From Mobula hypostoma (taxonomy: Eukaryota), in the NCBI RefSeq assembly GCF_963921235.1, contig NC_086108.1, positions 82,958,001 to 83,022,000 of the forward strand: a DNA stretch of 64,000 nt, given 5' to 3'. The position numbers were made by a program, and so were the translations under genes. The notes beneath the pieces are model-generated. The model did no database searches, was not told the DNA's origin, and saw only the letters and a program-made list of their open reading frames with translations. Positions 10,665 to 21,860 of this stretch are shown piece after piece (position 1 is the first letter of the stretch; each line of letters opens with the position of its first letter).

Positions 10665-12710
10665 AGAAGTTTCTTCAGATGCATAAAGTATAAAAGAGAG
10701 GTGAGAGTGGATATTGGACTGCTGTAGTAATGGAGGACAAGGAAATGTCAGGTGAACTGAATAACTATTTTGCATCAGCCTTCACTAGCAGTATGGTGGA
10801 AGTTCCAGGAGTCTGGGGTCATGAAGTGTGTGAAATTACTATTACTAAGAAGAAGTTTCTTGGAAAACTGAAAGGTCTGAAGGTAGGTAAGTCATCTGGA
10901 CCAGATAGTGTACACCGCAGAGTTCTGAAAGAGGTGGCTGAAGAGATTGTGGAGGCATTAGTAATGATCCTCCAAGAATCAGTAGATTCTGGAATGGTTC
11001 TAGAAGACCGCAAAACTGTAAATGTTACTCTACTGTTTAAAAAGGGATAGAGGCAGAATAAAGGAAATTATAGGCTGGTTAGTCTGACCTCAGTGGTTGG
11101 GAAGATGTTGCAATTGATTGTTAAGGATGTGGTTTCAGAGTACTTGGAGGCACATGATAAAATAGGCCGTAGTCAGCAGCACGATTTTCTCAGGGGAAAA
11201 CCTTGCCTGACAAATCTGCTGGAATTCTTTGAAGAAATAACAAGCAGCATAGACAAAGGGGGAGGGGGGTACGTCGACTCAGACCATGAGAGGCCTGCGT
11301 TGAGCATTTTCATGCCTTACAAGGCGCAGATTGGAAGTCTGTGTGGGGTGCCACTCCTCACACAAACTAGAGCAATGTGTGATTAAGTGCCTTGCTAACA
11401 CAAACACCCTGCCACAGCCGAGGCTCGAACTAGTGACCCTGAGGTAACTAGACAAACGCCTTAACCACTTGGCCACGTGCCCAACACAAAGACAAAGGAG
11501 AATTAGTTAATGTAGTGTACTTGGGTTTTTAGAAGGCCTTTGACAAGGTGCCACACATGAGATTGCTTAGTAAGCTATGAAGCCATATAGGAAAGATTCT
11601 AGCATGGATATAGCAGTGGCTAACTGACAGGAGGCAAAGAGTGGGTATAAGGGGAGTCTTTTCTGATTGGCTGCCAGTGACTAGTTTTGTTCTACAAGGG
11701 TCTGTGTTGGGCCAATCCTTTTTACATTATAAGTCAATGATTTGGATGATGAAATTGATGGCTTTGTTGCAAAGTTTGCAGATGATGTGAAGATAGATGG
11801 AGGGGCAGGTAGTTTTGAGGCGTAGAGAGGCTACAAAAGGACTTAGACAGATTAGGGAAGCATGCAAAGAAGTGGCAGAAGGAATACAGTGTTGGGAAGT
11901 GTATGGTCCTGCACTTTGGTAGAAGAAATGAAAGGGTTGACTATTTTCTAAATGGACAGAAAATACAAAAAACTGACGTGAAAAGGGATTTGGAGTCCAT
12001 GTGCAGGATTCCCTAAAAGTTAATTTGCATGTTGAGTCTATGGTGAGGAAGCAAATGCGATGTTAGCATTTTCATTTCAAGAGAACTAGAACATAAAAGC
12101 AAGGATGTAATGCTGAGACTTCATAAAACACTGGTGGGGCCTCACTTGGAGTATTGTGAGCAGTTTTGAACCCCTTGTCTTAGAAAGGATGTGCTGAAAC
12201 TGGAGAGGGTACAAAGGAAGTTCACGAAAATGATTCCAGGATCGAACGGCTTGACAAATCAAGAGCGTTGGATAGCTCTGGGCCTGTATTCACTAGAATT
12301 CAGAAGAATGAGTAGTGATCTAACTGAACCCTATCGAATTGTGAAAGGCCTTGATAGAGTGGATATGGAGAGGATGTTTCTTCTGGTGGGTGTGTCTAGT
12401 ACTAGGGGATACAGTCTCAGAATAGTGGACTGTTCTTTTTAAAATGGAGATGAGGAAGAATTTCTTTAGCCAGAGAACGGGGAAATCTATGGAATTCGTT
12501 GCCACAGGCAGCTGTGGAGGGCAAGTCTTTATGTATATTTAACGCAGAGGTTGATAGATTCTTGATTGGTCAGGGCATGAAGGGATACAAGGGGAAGGCA
12601 GGAGATCGGAGCTGAGAGGAAAAATGGATCAGCCATGATCAAATGGTGGAGAAGACTCGATGGGCCAAATGCCCAATTCTGCTCCTATGTCTTATGGTCT
12701 TATGATCTTA
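10665..12710 (+). mobile_element. Decayed 5'-truncated CR1 LINE
   Basis: ORF fragments 10730, 11093 (CLTNLLEFFEE) and 12191 (LERVQRKFTKMIPG), with a (TCTTATGG) tail. Confidence 0.92.
11260..11489 (-). mobile_element. tRNA-derived SINE of a second family, inserted in the CR1
   Basis: The head has A-box TGGCCAAGTGG and B-box AGTTCGAGCC, followed by a non-tRNA body (AGCAAGGCACTTAATCAC) and a C-rich tail. TSD AGACAAAGG at 11251-11259 and 11490-11498. Confidence 0.85.
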
Positions 12711-13839
12711 TAGTATATGTAGGCTCTATTTCTTAAACTTGGGGAGTGATCTGCCAGTTCTTTTTATCAAAGTTCAAAGTGATTTTTATTATCGAAGTAT
12801 ATCAGCGGTATACAACCCTGAGATTCGCTTTCCCACAGAAGACACAAAAGACAGCCACCCGTTCAAAAAAAAAACGATCAAACATCTACCATGCAAAAAA
12901 AAGAACAAATCATGCAAATGGTGAAAAACACAGAATATAAAGCATCAAACATAGCGTAATATGGATAGGAAAAAGAAAACTGTTTCTCATTCCTTTGTAA
13001 AGAAAATAGCCTTCTTTCTCAGTTTATTAGGCTTCTAGCATGTTTCATGAATATTTTATTAATCACAAGAATTTTTCACCTGTTTCACAATTGCAGTGGA
13101 AAGTAGGATCCATATCAAACCATTTGCAAACTTGCAATATTATTACTGAGTAAATCTTTTTTTAATGCATCTGGTGGTGTGTTTCTATCAAAGGTCGATT
13201 AACTATTATTGAGTCATTCATAGAATGTGTAAATTGCAGACATGCATTGTCCATCCCAAAGTGCCTCTGAACTCAGAGTGCAATTCAAAATCAACCACAT
13301 TGGATAGTCTGCAGTCACTTGTATCCTACTCTAATTAAATACAGTAGGATTCTTTCCCAAAACAAAATTGTAGAACCAGGTGTGTTTTCCACAGTCCAGT
13401 ATTTTCATGGTCATCACTTTTATTCCAGATTTATTTCAATAGTTGAATTAAATATACCAGCTGCAGTACAGGGTCTGATCTTGCATCTCCAGCACAATAG
13501 CCCCAGCTGCTGGATATGTCTAGTGAGTTAATTGTTATGTTGCCAACCTTACTCAACCACCTACCTTCCTCTTTGTTGGCTTCATTGCTGCGTGGTAACA
13601 AACTGTTGAAGGAACTCAGTGAGCTGAACAGCATCTGTCAGGGGAAAGGAATTGTTCACATTTCGGGTCAAAGTCCTGCATCAGAAGCTCTAATTGTTTG
13701 AGCAGATTGGTTTTTTTGAATTTGTGGTCTCTTATGTCTTCATTATCCCATTATCTTCTGGGAACAGCATCAAGGGTTCACTGTAAAGGGCAGGAAGGGC
13801 TAGGACTTGCTAAAATACACTGAAAACGTTTCATAGGCA

Positions 13840-14058
13840 TACACATCATACACAATTAGCAAAGCTCACTGATGCCTTTACTTCCTGAGGAGACTGAAGA
13901 GAACTGCACTATGCACATCAATACTTACATCGCTCTACAGAAGCACAGTAGAGTGTATCCTAGCAAACTGCATCACCTCATGGTACAGGAAAGTTCTACA
14001 GCAGGTAGTCAAAACTGCCCAATAAATACCAGCACCAGCCTTTCTGCCATCAAGGACA
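13840..14058 (+). mobile_element. Decayed Rex1/Babar-like fragment
   Basis: CTTTACTTCCTGAGGAGACTGAAGAGA (LYFLRRLKR) and AGAGTGTATCCTAGCAAACTGCATCAC motifs. Confidence 0.65.
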
Positions 14059-14664
14059 GATAGATTAGATTAGATTAGATTAGATTAGATTCAACTATAT
14101 TGTCATTGTGCTGAGTACAGATACAAAGCCAATGAAATGCCATTAGCATCTAACCAGAAATGCAAAGGATGGTGTAACTTACAAAATAACTGTGAATAAA
14201 AAGTAAGTGCTACAGCACACAAATATAAAAGTACTGAGACAGTACAATATGGGTGCAAAACTGCTTAGCGCTGTGATGAGAGGTTCAGCAGGGTCACAGC
14301 CTCAAGGAAGAAGCTCTTCCTGTGCCTGCCGGTGCAGGAGCGGAGGCTCCTGTAGTGCCTACCGGATGGGAGGAGAGTAAAAAGTCCATGGTTAGGGTGA
14401 GATGCATCCCTGATAATGCTTTTCGCCCTGCCCAGGCAGTATTTATGGTAGATGTTATCGGCAATTGGGTGCCGATAATCTGCTGGGCAGTTTTCACCAC
14501 ACACTGGAGTGCTTTGCGGTCCGATACGGGACAACTGTCATACCACACTGAGATGCAGTTGGTGAGTATGCTCTCAATGGTACAGCGTTAAAAGTCCGTC
14601 AATATCCTGGGACAGAGGTGAGTTTTCTTGATGTTCCGCAGGAAATAATGGTGCTGTTGTGCCT
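14059..14664 (-). mobile_element. Rex1/Babar-like 3' fragment with (TCTAA)n tail
   Basis: HGLFTLLPSGRHYRSL...RKSFF (14265-14534) and (TTAGA)n at about 14061-14091. Confidence 0.88.
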
Positions 14665-15468
14665 TTTCTTTCCTTTTATAATCTTTTTATTAATTTTCAA
14701 GTTCATAAACATAATAACAATAGTGATACAAAGAGATTGGAATTACATTATTGTTAATAAACATATACAAAAAAAGACTACAAATAGACCCAAACTCTTG
14801 ATATAGTTAATCATGGAGAAAAAAGAAATAAAAAGAAAAGGACATTGCAAAGAAAAACCCCCAAAAAGCTAAAAAAAAATAGAACTAATAGCTAAACCCC
14901 CCCCAAAAAGCAAACAGAACAAAACAAGGCTGAACCAATATATTAGATTGAATACATTCATTAATGTCATCAACTCCGCTCCTCTATTCATATATTCTAA
15001 GTTAATAAAAAGGATTCTGAAAAGGTCAAACAACATCATATGAAAATGTTGAATAAATGGCTTCCAAGTCTCTTCAAATTTAACCGAAGGATCAAAAATG
15101 ACACTTCTGATTTTTTCTAAATTTAAACTTGATATAGTTTGGGAAAACCATTGAAATGTAGTGGGGGATCGGCCTCTTTCCAATTCAATAAAATGGATCT
15201 TCTGGCCATTAATATAACAAATGTGATCATCCAACAGGCTGAAGAGGATAAAGATCTATGTTCTGTCATTGGCAAACCAAAAATTGCCGTAATAGGATGG
15301 GGTTGTAAATCAAAATGCAAAACTGTTGAAATAATATCAAAAATATCTTTCCAAAATTTTTCCAAGAGAGGGCAGGACCAGAATATATGTGTCAAAGAAG
15401 CCACCTCAGAGTGACAGCTGTCACAAATAGGATTTATACGGGAGTAAAAACAAGCTAGTTTATCTTTA
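14665..15468 (-). mobile_element. L1 3' fragment (ORF2 CCHC region and 3' UTR)
   Basis: CDSCHSEVASLTHIFWSC, ARRSILLNWK and LNLEKIR are homologous to the L1 at 46403-46945 but divergent. Confidence 0.9.
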
Positions 15469-15469
15469 A

Positions 15470-16090
15470 GCAACACATATCAAAGTTGCTGGTGAACGCA
15501 GCAGGCCAGGCAGCATCTCTAGGAAGAGGTACAGTCGACGTTTCAGGCCGAGACCCTTCATCAGGACTAACTGAAGGAAGAGCTAGTAAGAGATTTGAAA
15601 GTGGGAGGAGGAGGGGGAGATCTGAAATGATAGGAGAATTAAGGAGGGGGGAGGGATGGAGCCAAGAGCTGGACAGTTGATTGGCAAAAGGGATATGAGA
15701 GGATCATGGGACAGGAGGCCCAGGGAGAAGGAAAGGGGGGGGGAAAGACCCAGAGGATGGGCAAGGGGTATAGTCAGAGGGACAGAGGGAGAAAAAGGAG
15801 AGAGAGAGAAAGAATGTGTGTATATAAATAAATAACGGACGGGGTACGAGGGGAAGGTGGGGCATTAACGGAAGTTTGAGAAGTCAATGTTCATGCCATC
15901 AGGTTGGAGGCTATCCAGATGGAATATAAGGTGTTGTTCCTCCAACCTGAGTGTGGCTTCGACAGAATATAAAGTGTCCAACTTTCACCCTGCCCTCAAG
16001 TTTACCTGGTCCATTTCCAACACCTCCCTCCGCTTTCTAGATCTTTCTGTCTCTATCTCTGGAGACAGCTTATCTACTGATGTCTACTAT
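15470..16090. mobile_element. Penelope-like element 3' part (minus, about 15470-15960) joined to an inverted RT fragment (plus, about 15975-16090)
   Basis: The plus piece encodes SNFHPALKFTWSISNTSLRFLDLSVSISGDSLSTDVYY. The minus piece carries the LEEQHLIF...LQPDGMN C-terminus and a hammerhead motif. Confidence 0.85.
15532..15569 (-). ncRNA. Minimal type I hammerhead ribozyme motif in a PLE 3' region
   Basis: The minus strand reads UAGUC-CUGAUGA-AGGGUCUCGGCCU-GAAA-CGUC-GACUG. It has the conserved core boxes, stem I UAGUC/GACUG, stem II AGG/CCU, a loopless palindromic stem III (ACGU) and a GUC triplet. Confidence 0.75.
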
Positions 16091-16644
16091 GGCAATTTAC
16101 AGTGAGTGACCGGATCACTGACCAACCTGCATATTGAATTTAGCCAAAATGCGATAAGCCTAACGACAGGGAGGGTGTTGGTGAGGTGGGGTGGGGTAAC
16201 ACAACTTGCAATTCTAAATTTGCATTTAAGGAATGTACCTGGGTAGGTGGAAGGAGAATGCATGGGAGAACGTTTTGCAATAGTGATTATAATACATTTA
16301 TGTTATGGAAAAGAAAAAAGGATAAAATAGGCATAAAGCTTCTGAATTAGGAGAAGACAAGCTTTACTTGGCTGAGAAAAGTTTTTATTTAAAAAATGGA
16401 CTGGAAGTTGATACTTAAAATGAAATCAGAGAATTGAGAGGCAGCCAAGTAAGAGATTTAATGAATCTGGTTAGCATGTTCCCACTACTAAAATGTGACT
16501 GCAAGTCTAGAAGACTACCTGCATTGGCAGTGAGACAGGGCAAAATAAAAAGGGAAGCTTTTATATACAGTAGTTTTATATCATAGGAAACCTGGAAGTA
16601 TAGATATATAGGGCAAAATTAAAAAGGAAATCAAGAAGGCAGAG

Positions 16645-17452
16645 TTAAGAATTTACTAAACGGCAACTCCTTTGCTTGCATCTTCGGAAACAGCTCTATT
16701 TCCATCTTTAGTATCTTCATTTTTCCTTTTAGGGTTCTTTTGAAGACCCTGACCTGGAGTTACACGCTGACCTCAGTTCTTTGTGGGAATGGGACCCGTT
16801 CTCAGGGTTTCAGGACTGGCCGATGTTAGGCACGCCAAGGGTTCGGCCTGAAAGGTGGCCTAGTGTTCAGAAGTCTAAGATCTCGGGGCTCTGAAGATGG
16901 GTGGATCAAGGGTTGGTGTCATGGCAGGAGATTCATGTATTGTCAGGGAGGCCGGGAAATCTTTCGCTGTGGGCCCAAAGACCCGAGATCTTTGCAATCT
17001 TCGGGCACAGAGCTCATAAAAAAAAGCGACGAAACAGACTTTTTCACATCGTAAATCAACGGGTTGTTGTTATGTCTCCTGCTCGCTGTGAAAATGGGGG
17101 ATACTTCCCTCTCCCTTATTAGGGAGAGAGAGAACCTGTGGGTTGCTGAATGCTGGATGAATTGCAATAGTCTTTGGGGTAACTGCAAGGTCTGTGTCTT
17201 TGCTATCGCTTAGCTCACACTTGTGCTCGGTAGCGGGTGCTCTTTTTGTTTTGCCGGTGGGGGGAGAGGGGATTGTTGCTCGCCGCCGCTTACACACAGG
17301 AGGGGGGGAGCTGGAGGGGATCTTTGGGGTTTTCACGTTTAACTGTCATTCATTCTTTGGGGCACTTCTCTGTTTTCGTGGATGTTTTGCGAAAAGGAAG
17401 TATTTCAGGATGTATATTGTATACATTTCTCTGACATTAAACTGAACCTTTG
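16645..17452 (+). mobile_element. Non-autonomous retroposed element (about 0.8 kb) with a LINE-like 3' tail, family unknown
   Basis: CpG-retaining non-coding block that interrupts old CR1 sequence and ends TGTATACATTTCTCTGACATTAAACTGAACCTTTG. Confidence 0.5.
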
Positions 17453-17899
17453 ACAAAGCAAAGTGGATAGAGAATGTTCAAGTAAAATAAAGTGCAGTAC
17501 AGACAGTGTTTTATAATTAAATGATTAAAACACACCGTAGTTGGGGATTTAAAACAATCTATATTGATGTGAAATGTTTGCAGACACAAGAGATGGCAAG
17601 CGCTGGAATCTGGAACAACAGTCTGCTGAAGGAGTTCTGTAGATCAAGTAGCATCTGTAGTCAAAACCTTGCTCCAGGCCTTTTGACACAAAATGACAAC
17701 AATTCCTCTCCTGCACAAATGATGCTTAACCTGTTGACCTTTCTCCTGCAGATTGTTGCTCCAAATGTTTACGTATGTCTTCACAAAAATGAAAGATGTG
17801 ACAGTTGAGATGAAAAAGGTGTGAAATATTGGCTGGGATGGAAATAATAAAGGAGGAAGGACAAGAGAGTTTAGCAGCATTCAGGTAAACAGATTACCA

Positions 17900-19080
17900 G
17901 CTCCTGGTGAAATATGTTTTTGACATTTATAAGAAGCAAGGGAAAAAATAGTGCAAATCCTGAACTTCAGATTTGGTTCTCTCTGGCTACAAGGAATGTT
18001 GCCAAAGGATTGGGTTACTACTACACATATATCATTGTTTAAAATGTGAGGAAGTGTTGCGCCAAGGAATCACTGGCCAGTTAATTTAAATTTAGTGGTG
18101 AGAAAATTATAATTTATGAAGGATACTTACTTACTTACTGCCAATTACGCTTCTGGCATTTTGAGCAGCAATGAAGGTCCTCCATCTCTGGCAGAGTCCA
18201 GGGCTTCCTTCATCGTGTCAGTAGCTCCCCCTTCAGTTTTCACTACTGATAGTCATGCAAGTCCCAGGTAGAGACTCGGGAATATCATCACACTCAGATG
18301 TAGATGGACTCTTCATTGTTGTTTCCATAACAATTTTGTTTTACCAGTCATAGTTGTTAGCCCTGAGCTGAACCCCGAACCTGGAGAACCATTGAACCAC
18401 TCTTAGTCTGTCCTCTTCTAATTGACCTGTTTGGCATGGGTGACTCTACCATGAGCCAAAGGATAAAGCCCTGACTTCTACCAACATAGTGCTCTGGGTC
18501 ATTCAGGCACACAAGCCTCCAAACCCCAGCAAGGTTATGGATCTCTTAGATGAATTTATGAAGGATAGTACCAACTAATTTTGAGGAGGTAATACGGAGT
18601 TTTAGGTAGGGCAATGTTTTATGATGCACTTTTCATGGATTTTAGCAGGAATTTTGTCAAAGAACTACATGGCAGATTGGCCATAATAAAAGAGTTTATG
18701 AGATCCAAGGAGAATGGTAAATTGGATCTAAAATAGGCTCAATGACATAAAGCAAATGCTAATGGTTGATGGATGCTTTTGTGAATAAAAAGCAGAAGTA
18801 TGATTCAGAAGTTTGAAGCTGTTAGAGAAAAAAATGGTTGTGCGGTTGAGGGTGAAGAGGGAAGCATTAGATGATAGAGGTGTAGATGGTTTGGGCAACT
18901 GGGTAGAAGAGTGGCAAATGCAATCCATTCCAGGGAAAAGTTGGGGAGGTGATACAAGGCAAAGAAATACATAAGCAATGGAAGGATACAAAGAGGCATG
19001 GAAGTACAAAGGGAGAATATAACAAACTAGTCAACAGGTCAAGGAGTAACTGTGGAAGCAAAAAGATTGACGAAGTTTTG
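17900..19080 (+). mobile_element. Ancient, highly decayed CR1 RT region (older pieces also at about 16300-16640)
   Basis: Degenerate motifs GGATTGGGTTACTACTA, ATGGATTTTAGCAGG (MDFS) and GAGTGGCAAATGCAAT (EWQMQ). Confidence 0.65.
18126..18552 (-). mobile_element. Full-length bipartite RTE-derived non-autonomous element
   Basis: 15-bp TSD AATTTATGAAGGATA (18111-18125 and 18553-18567). It has an RTE-like 5' UTR motif CTCCAGGTTCGGGG...GGGCTAACAAC, an RTE-like 3' end and a (TAAG)n tail. A second copy lies at 33231-33626. Confidence 0.8.
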
Positions 19081-19149
19081 GGTTGTTCCTCACTTCATAG
19101 TCTACTTGCATAGCCCACAACAAAATGGTATGAACATTGTGTTTTCCAA

Positions 19150-19470
19150 ACTTGAGTAACCCCACCTCTTATGATCTAGTCCCATGCCCACTGGTCCTCC
19201 TAGGATCTCTGTTCATCATTCCTATTTCCATCTGCCCATCCTCCACATACCCATCCACCTGAGTTCTTCTCTCTTGGCCTCCCCTCATCTGCTTGATCTG
19301 CCTATCATCTCTTCCTCCCACCTCCATCTAGCTTTACCATTGTCTGCCTTACCTCTCACTCTCACCTTTTTTATGTGCTATCCTTCTTCACTACTAATCC
19401 CAATACAGGATTATAACCTGAAATGTTGTCTATTCCTTTGCCTCCACAGATTCTGCTTCAAGTCCATGTC
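19150..19470 (+). mobile_element. Decayed PLE 3' region (similar small fragments at about 13580-13690 and 17570-17760)
   Basis: Pyrimidine-rich tract followed by CCTGAAATGTTGTC...CTCCACAGATTCTGC, resembling 59400-59645. Confidence 0.55.
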
Positions 19471-21860
19471 TGATGCTAGTTACAGCAACACTGAGCATTC
19501 CTAAATACAAATGCTATAGAGTTATACAGCATGGAATCAGGTTCTTTTGCTCAATTTATAATGCCATCCAAGATGTCTGTCTGAGATAATGCAAGATTTG
19601 TACATTGATATATCAGTTTAAACCTTCCCCGTTGTTATTCTTAAAGGGATTATCAATATTAATTCCTCATTGCAATTCCCTTTATAATAAAGCAGCGGTA
19701 TTGAATTGCTGGCTAATTATATATACTATCCAACCTAGCAGTACAATTCCTGAATCTGACATGTTGCGTGGAGAGAGACCGGATAACCAGACTTAATTTA
19801 TTTTCCTATATTTAATACAGCAGTTTTCGTTTGATGTTCACAAATTTAAAAAAAAACACAAGCAGATGAGAGCAAGATTCAGTATAGCAATAACAGGAAG
19901 CAAAGATATGACACACATATCCAGTCAGCCTCTACATTCTTCCATTATAACCACAAAGAAAGTGGATATAAAGTGGTCATGTCATTACAGTGAGTCATTG
20001 ATGACCAGTAAATAACCAAAAAGTTATCTAACCAACCATTTAAGTGCTGCACCAAACCAGAATTGGAATAATTAATGTTGAACTAAAGCAGGTGAACCGA
20101 TGAGCAATCTGTTTTCAATCAATGCACAAATAGACGATGGAAAGCACCCCCTCATTTTGGAATAGCTCAGTACATTTGCAAGAAAGGTAGAATCAATACA
20201 AGAAGGTGCGTGCAATGAATTCTATTGTACATACATCAATAGGCTTAGCACCGCTTGTATTGGTGAGAGACTTGGACCTGTCATCAAATTATAGCAGAAG
20301 ATATATATTTATTTGCTTTCATGGATATAGGCGTAGCTGGCATTCCTAAATGCCCCTGAGAAGATGACTGTGAGCCTTGTTGAAATGCTTCGTGCATCTG
20401 TTGAAGTTACTCCCATTGCGCTGGTGAGCAAGACGTTCCAGGATTTTGACTGAGCAACAGTGAAGGAACAGGGATACATTTGTAAAAGTGGACGGCGTGC
20501 GAATTGGTGTAAAACATGCAAGAAAGTGGTAGTGCTGATAAGTTGCACCTACAGCATAGAACAATGTTACAACTAGGAGACGGTTAATGACACTAAGAGC
20601 GCCACGCTGATGACATCTGTCACTTCTGCAGCAACAATAAAAGCAGGTACTGCAACATCCCGTAGTCGACCCAGGCCCAAGGGGCATATGAACTCTCAAG
20701 AGACTCTGGATTTACTAGTCATCAATGCATTCATTACAATTAATCCTATTTACAACATGGACCATCATCCGATTAGGACACTGGAAAAGTAAAGATATGA
20801 CTAACATTTAGTTTGTGAGAGATTATTGACACAATGATTATAACAGATTAAGGGAACAGAGAGCAGCTGAGCAACTCTTAAAGACTTCAAGCATAAAATG
20901 TATTCAAAATTATTCCTCCAAGGAATAAGCCCCTGTGATATGATCTTGCATTGTAATGTGTAAATTAGTTCTAATTAGTTACTTTTTGCTCAGAATGAAC
21001 TGTACATGTGAAGAAGTGAAGCAGCAGATGTGAGTATATTATTTTGGTTCCAAAGAGTGCTGTAAACATGGGACATGAAAACCAACTAAGTGTCCGTATT
21101 TAACTTGTCCTCAAAACCTTTTTTTGTTGCGGAGGAAATCAATTTGACAGAAATTGGTCAACTGCTAAATGCCAATTTAGCGCAACATCTTTTTGTGAGG
21201 CAGTGAATCACTCAGCTAAAAAGTAAAATAATAATTTTTTAAAACTTATCTTCATCAAGGTGTCTTTGTGCATGTTTATGCACGTACACACACATACGCA
21301 CATGCAGTGAATCATTCAATTTCTTGTTAAAGTGCATCTCTTTCTCTCTTGCTGTAGACTTATCTGGTTTTTTTTCATCCTAATCTCACAGCCAGTGTAG
21401 ATTTGTTTACCAATTGTTCTGAAGTGTGTTTCATATCGATTGGCAGTTCGTTTGAAGTACTCTGCGTAGCTTTTAACAGGGATCTCAAGTACCATTTTAG
21501 CTCAATTTTATTATTTGAAGTTTGAAATATTACAGAATTTAATTAATATTTCACCTGAGTGTCAAATCCAGGCCACATTCTGTGTTCATTTGCACAATGT
21601 CCATTCAGACACAATATATGGCTCACTGATTCTTGAGAATTTGGATGAAATAGGTTTTAATTTTGAAAAAAAAATTTTAAATGTTAAGATATCTAAATTT
21701 GTATGTTCATAGAACAAGGTCTCAGCAATCAAGCAATATTTTAGTGCAACCTCCTGATTTTGTAATTTTTTCATAAAATATGTGTTTTTCCTGTCATTAC
21801 TTACTTTTTCTCAACACAGTCAGACACAATTAAAAGCTAATTATTCCTATTTATTTAGTC

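Noticed and set aside
11405..11487. tRNA gene
   Set aside because: A and B boxes are present, but the sequence continues into a SINE body and tail and is bounded by a TSD inside a CR1. It is a SINE head.
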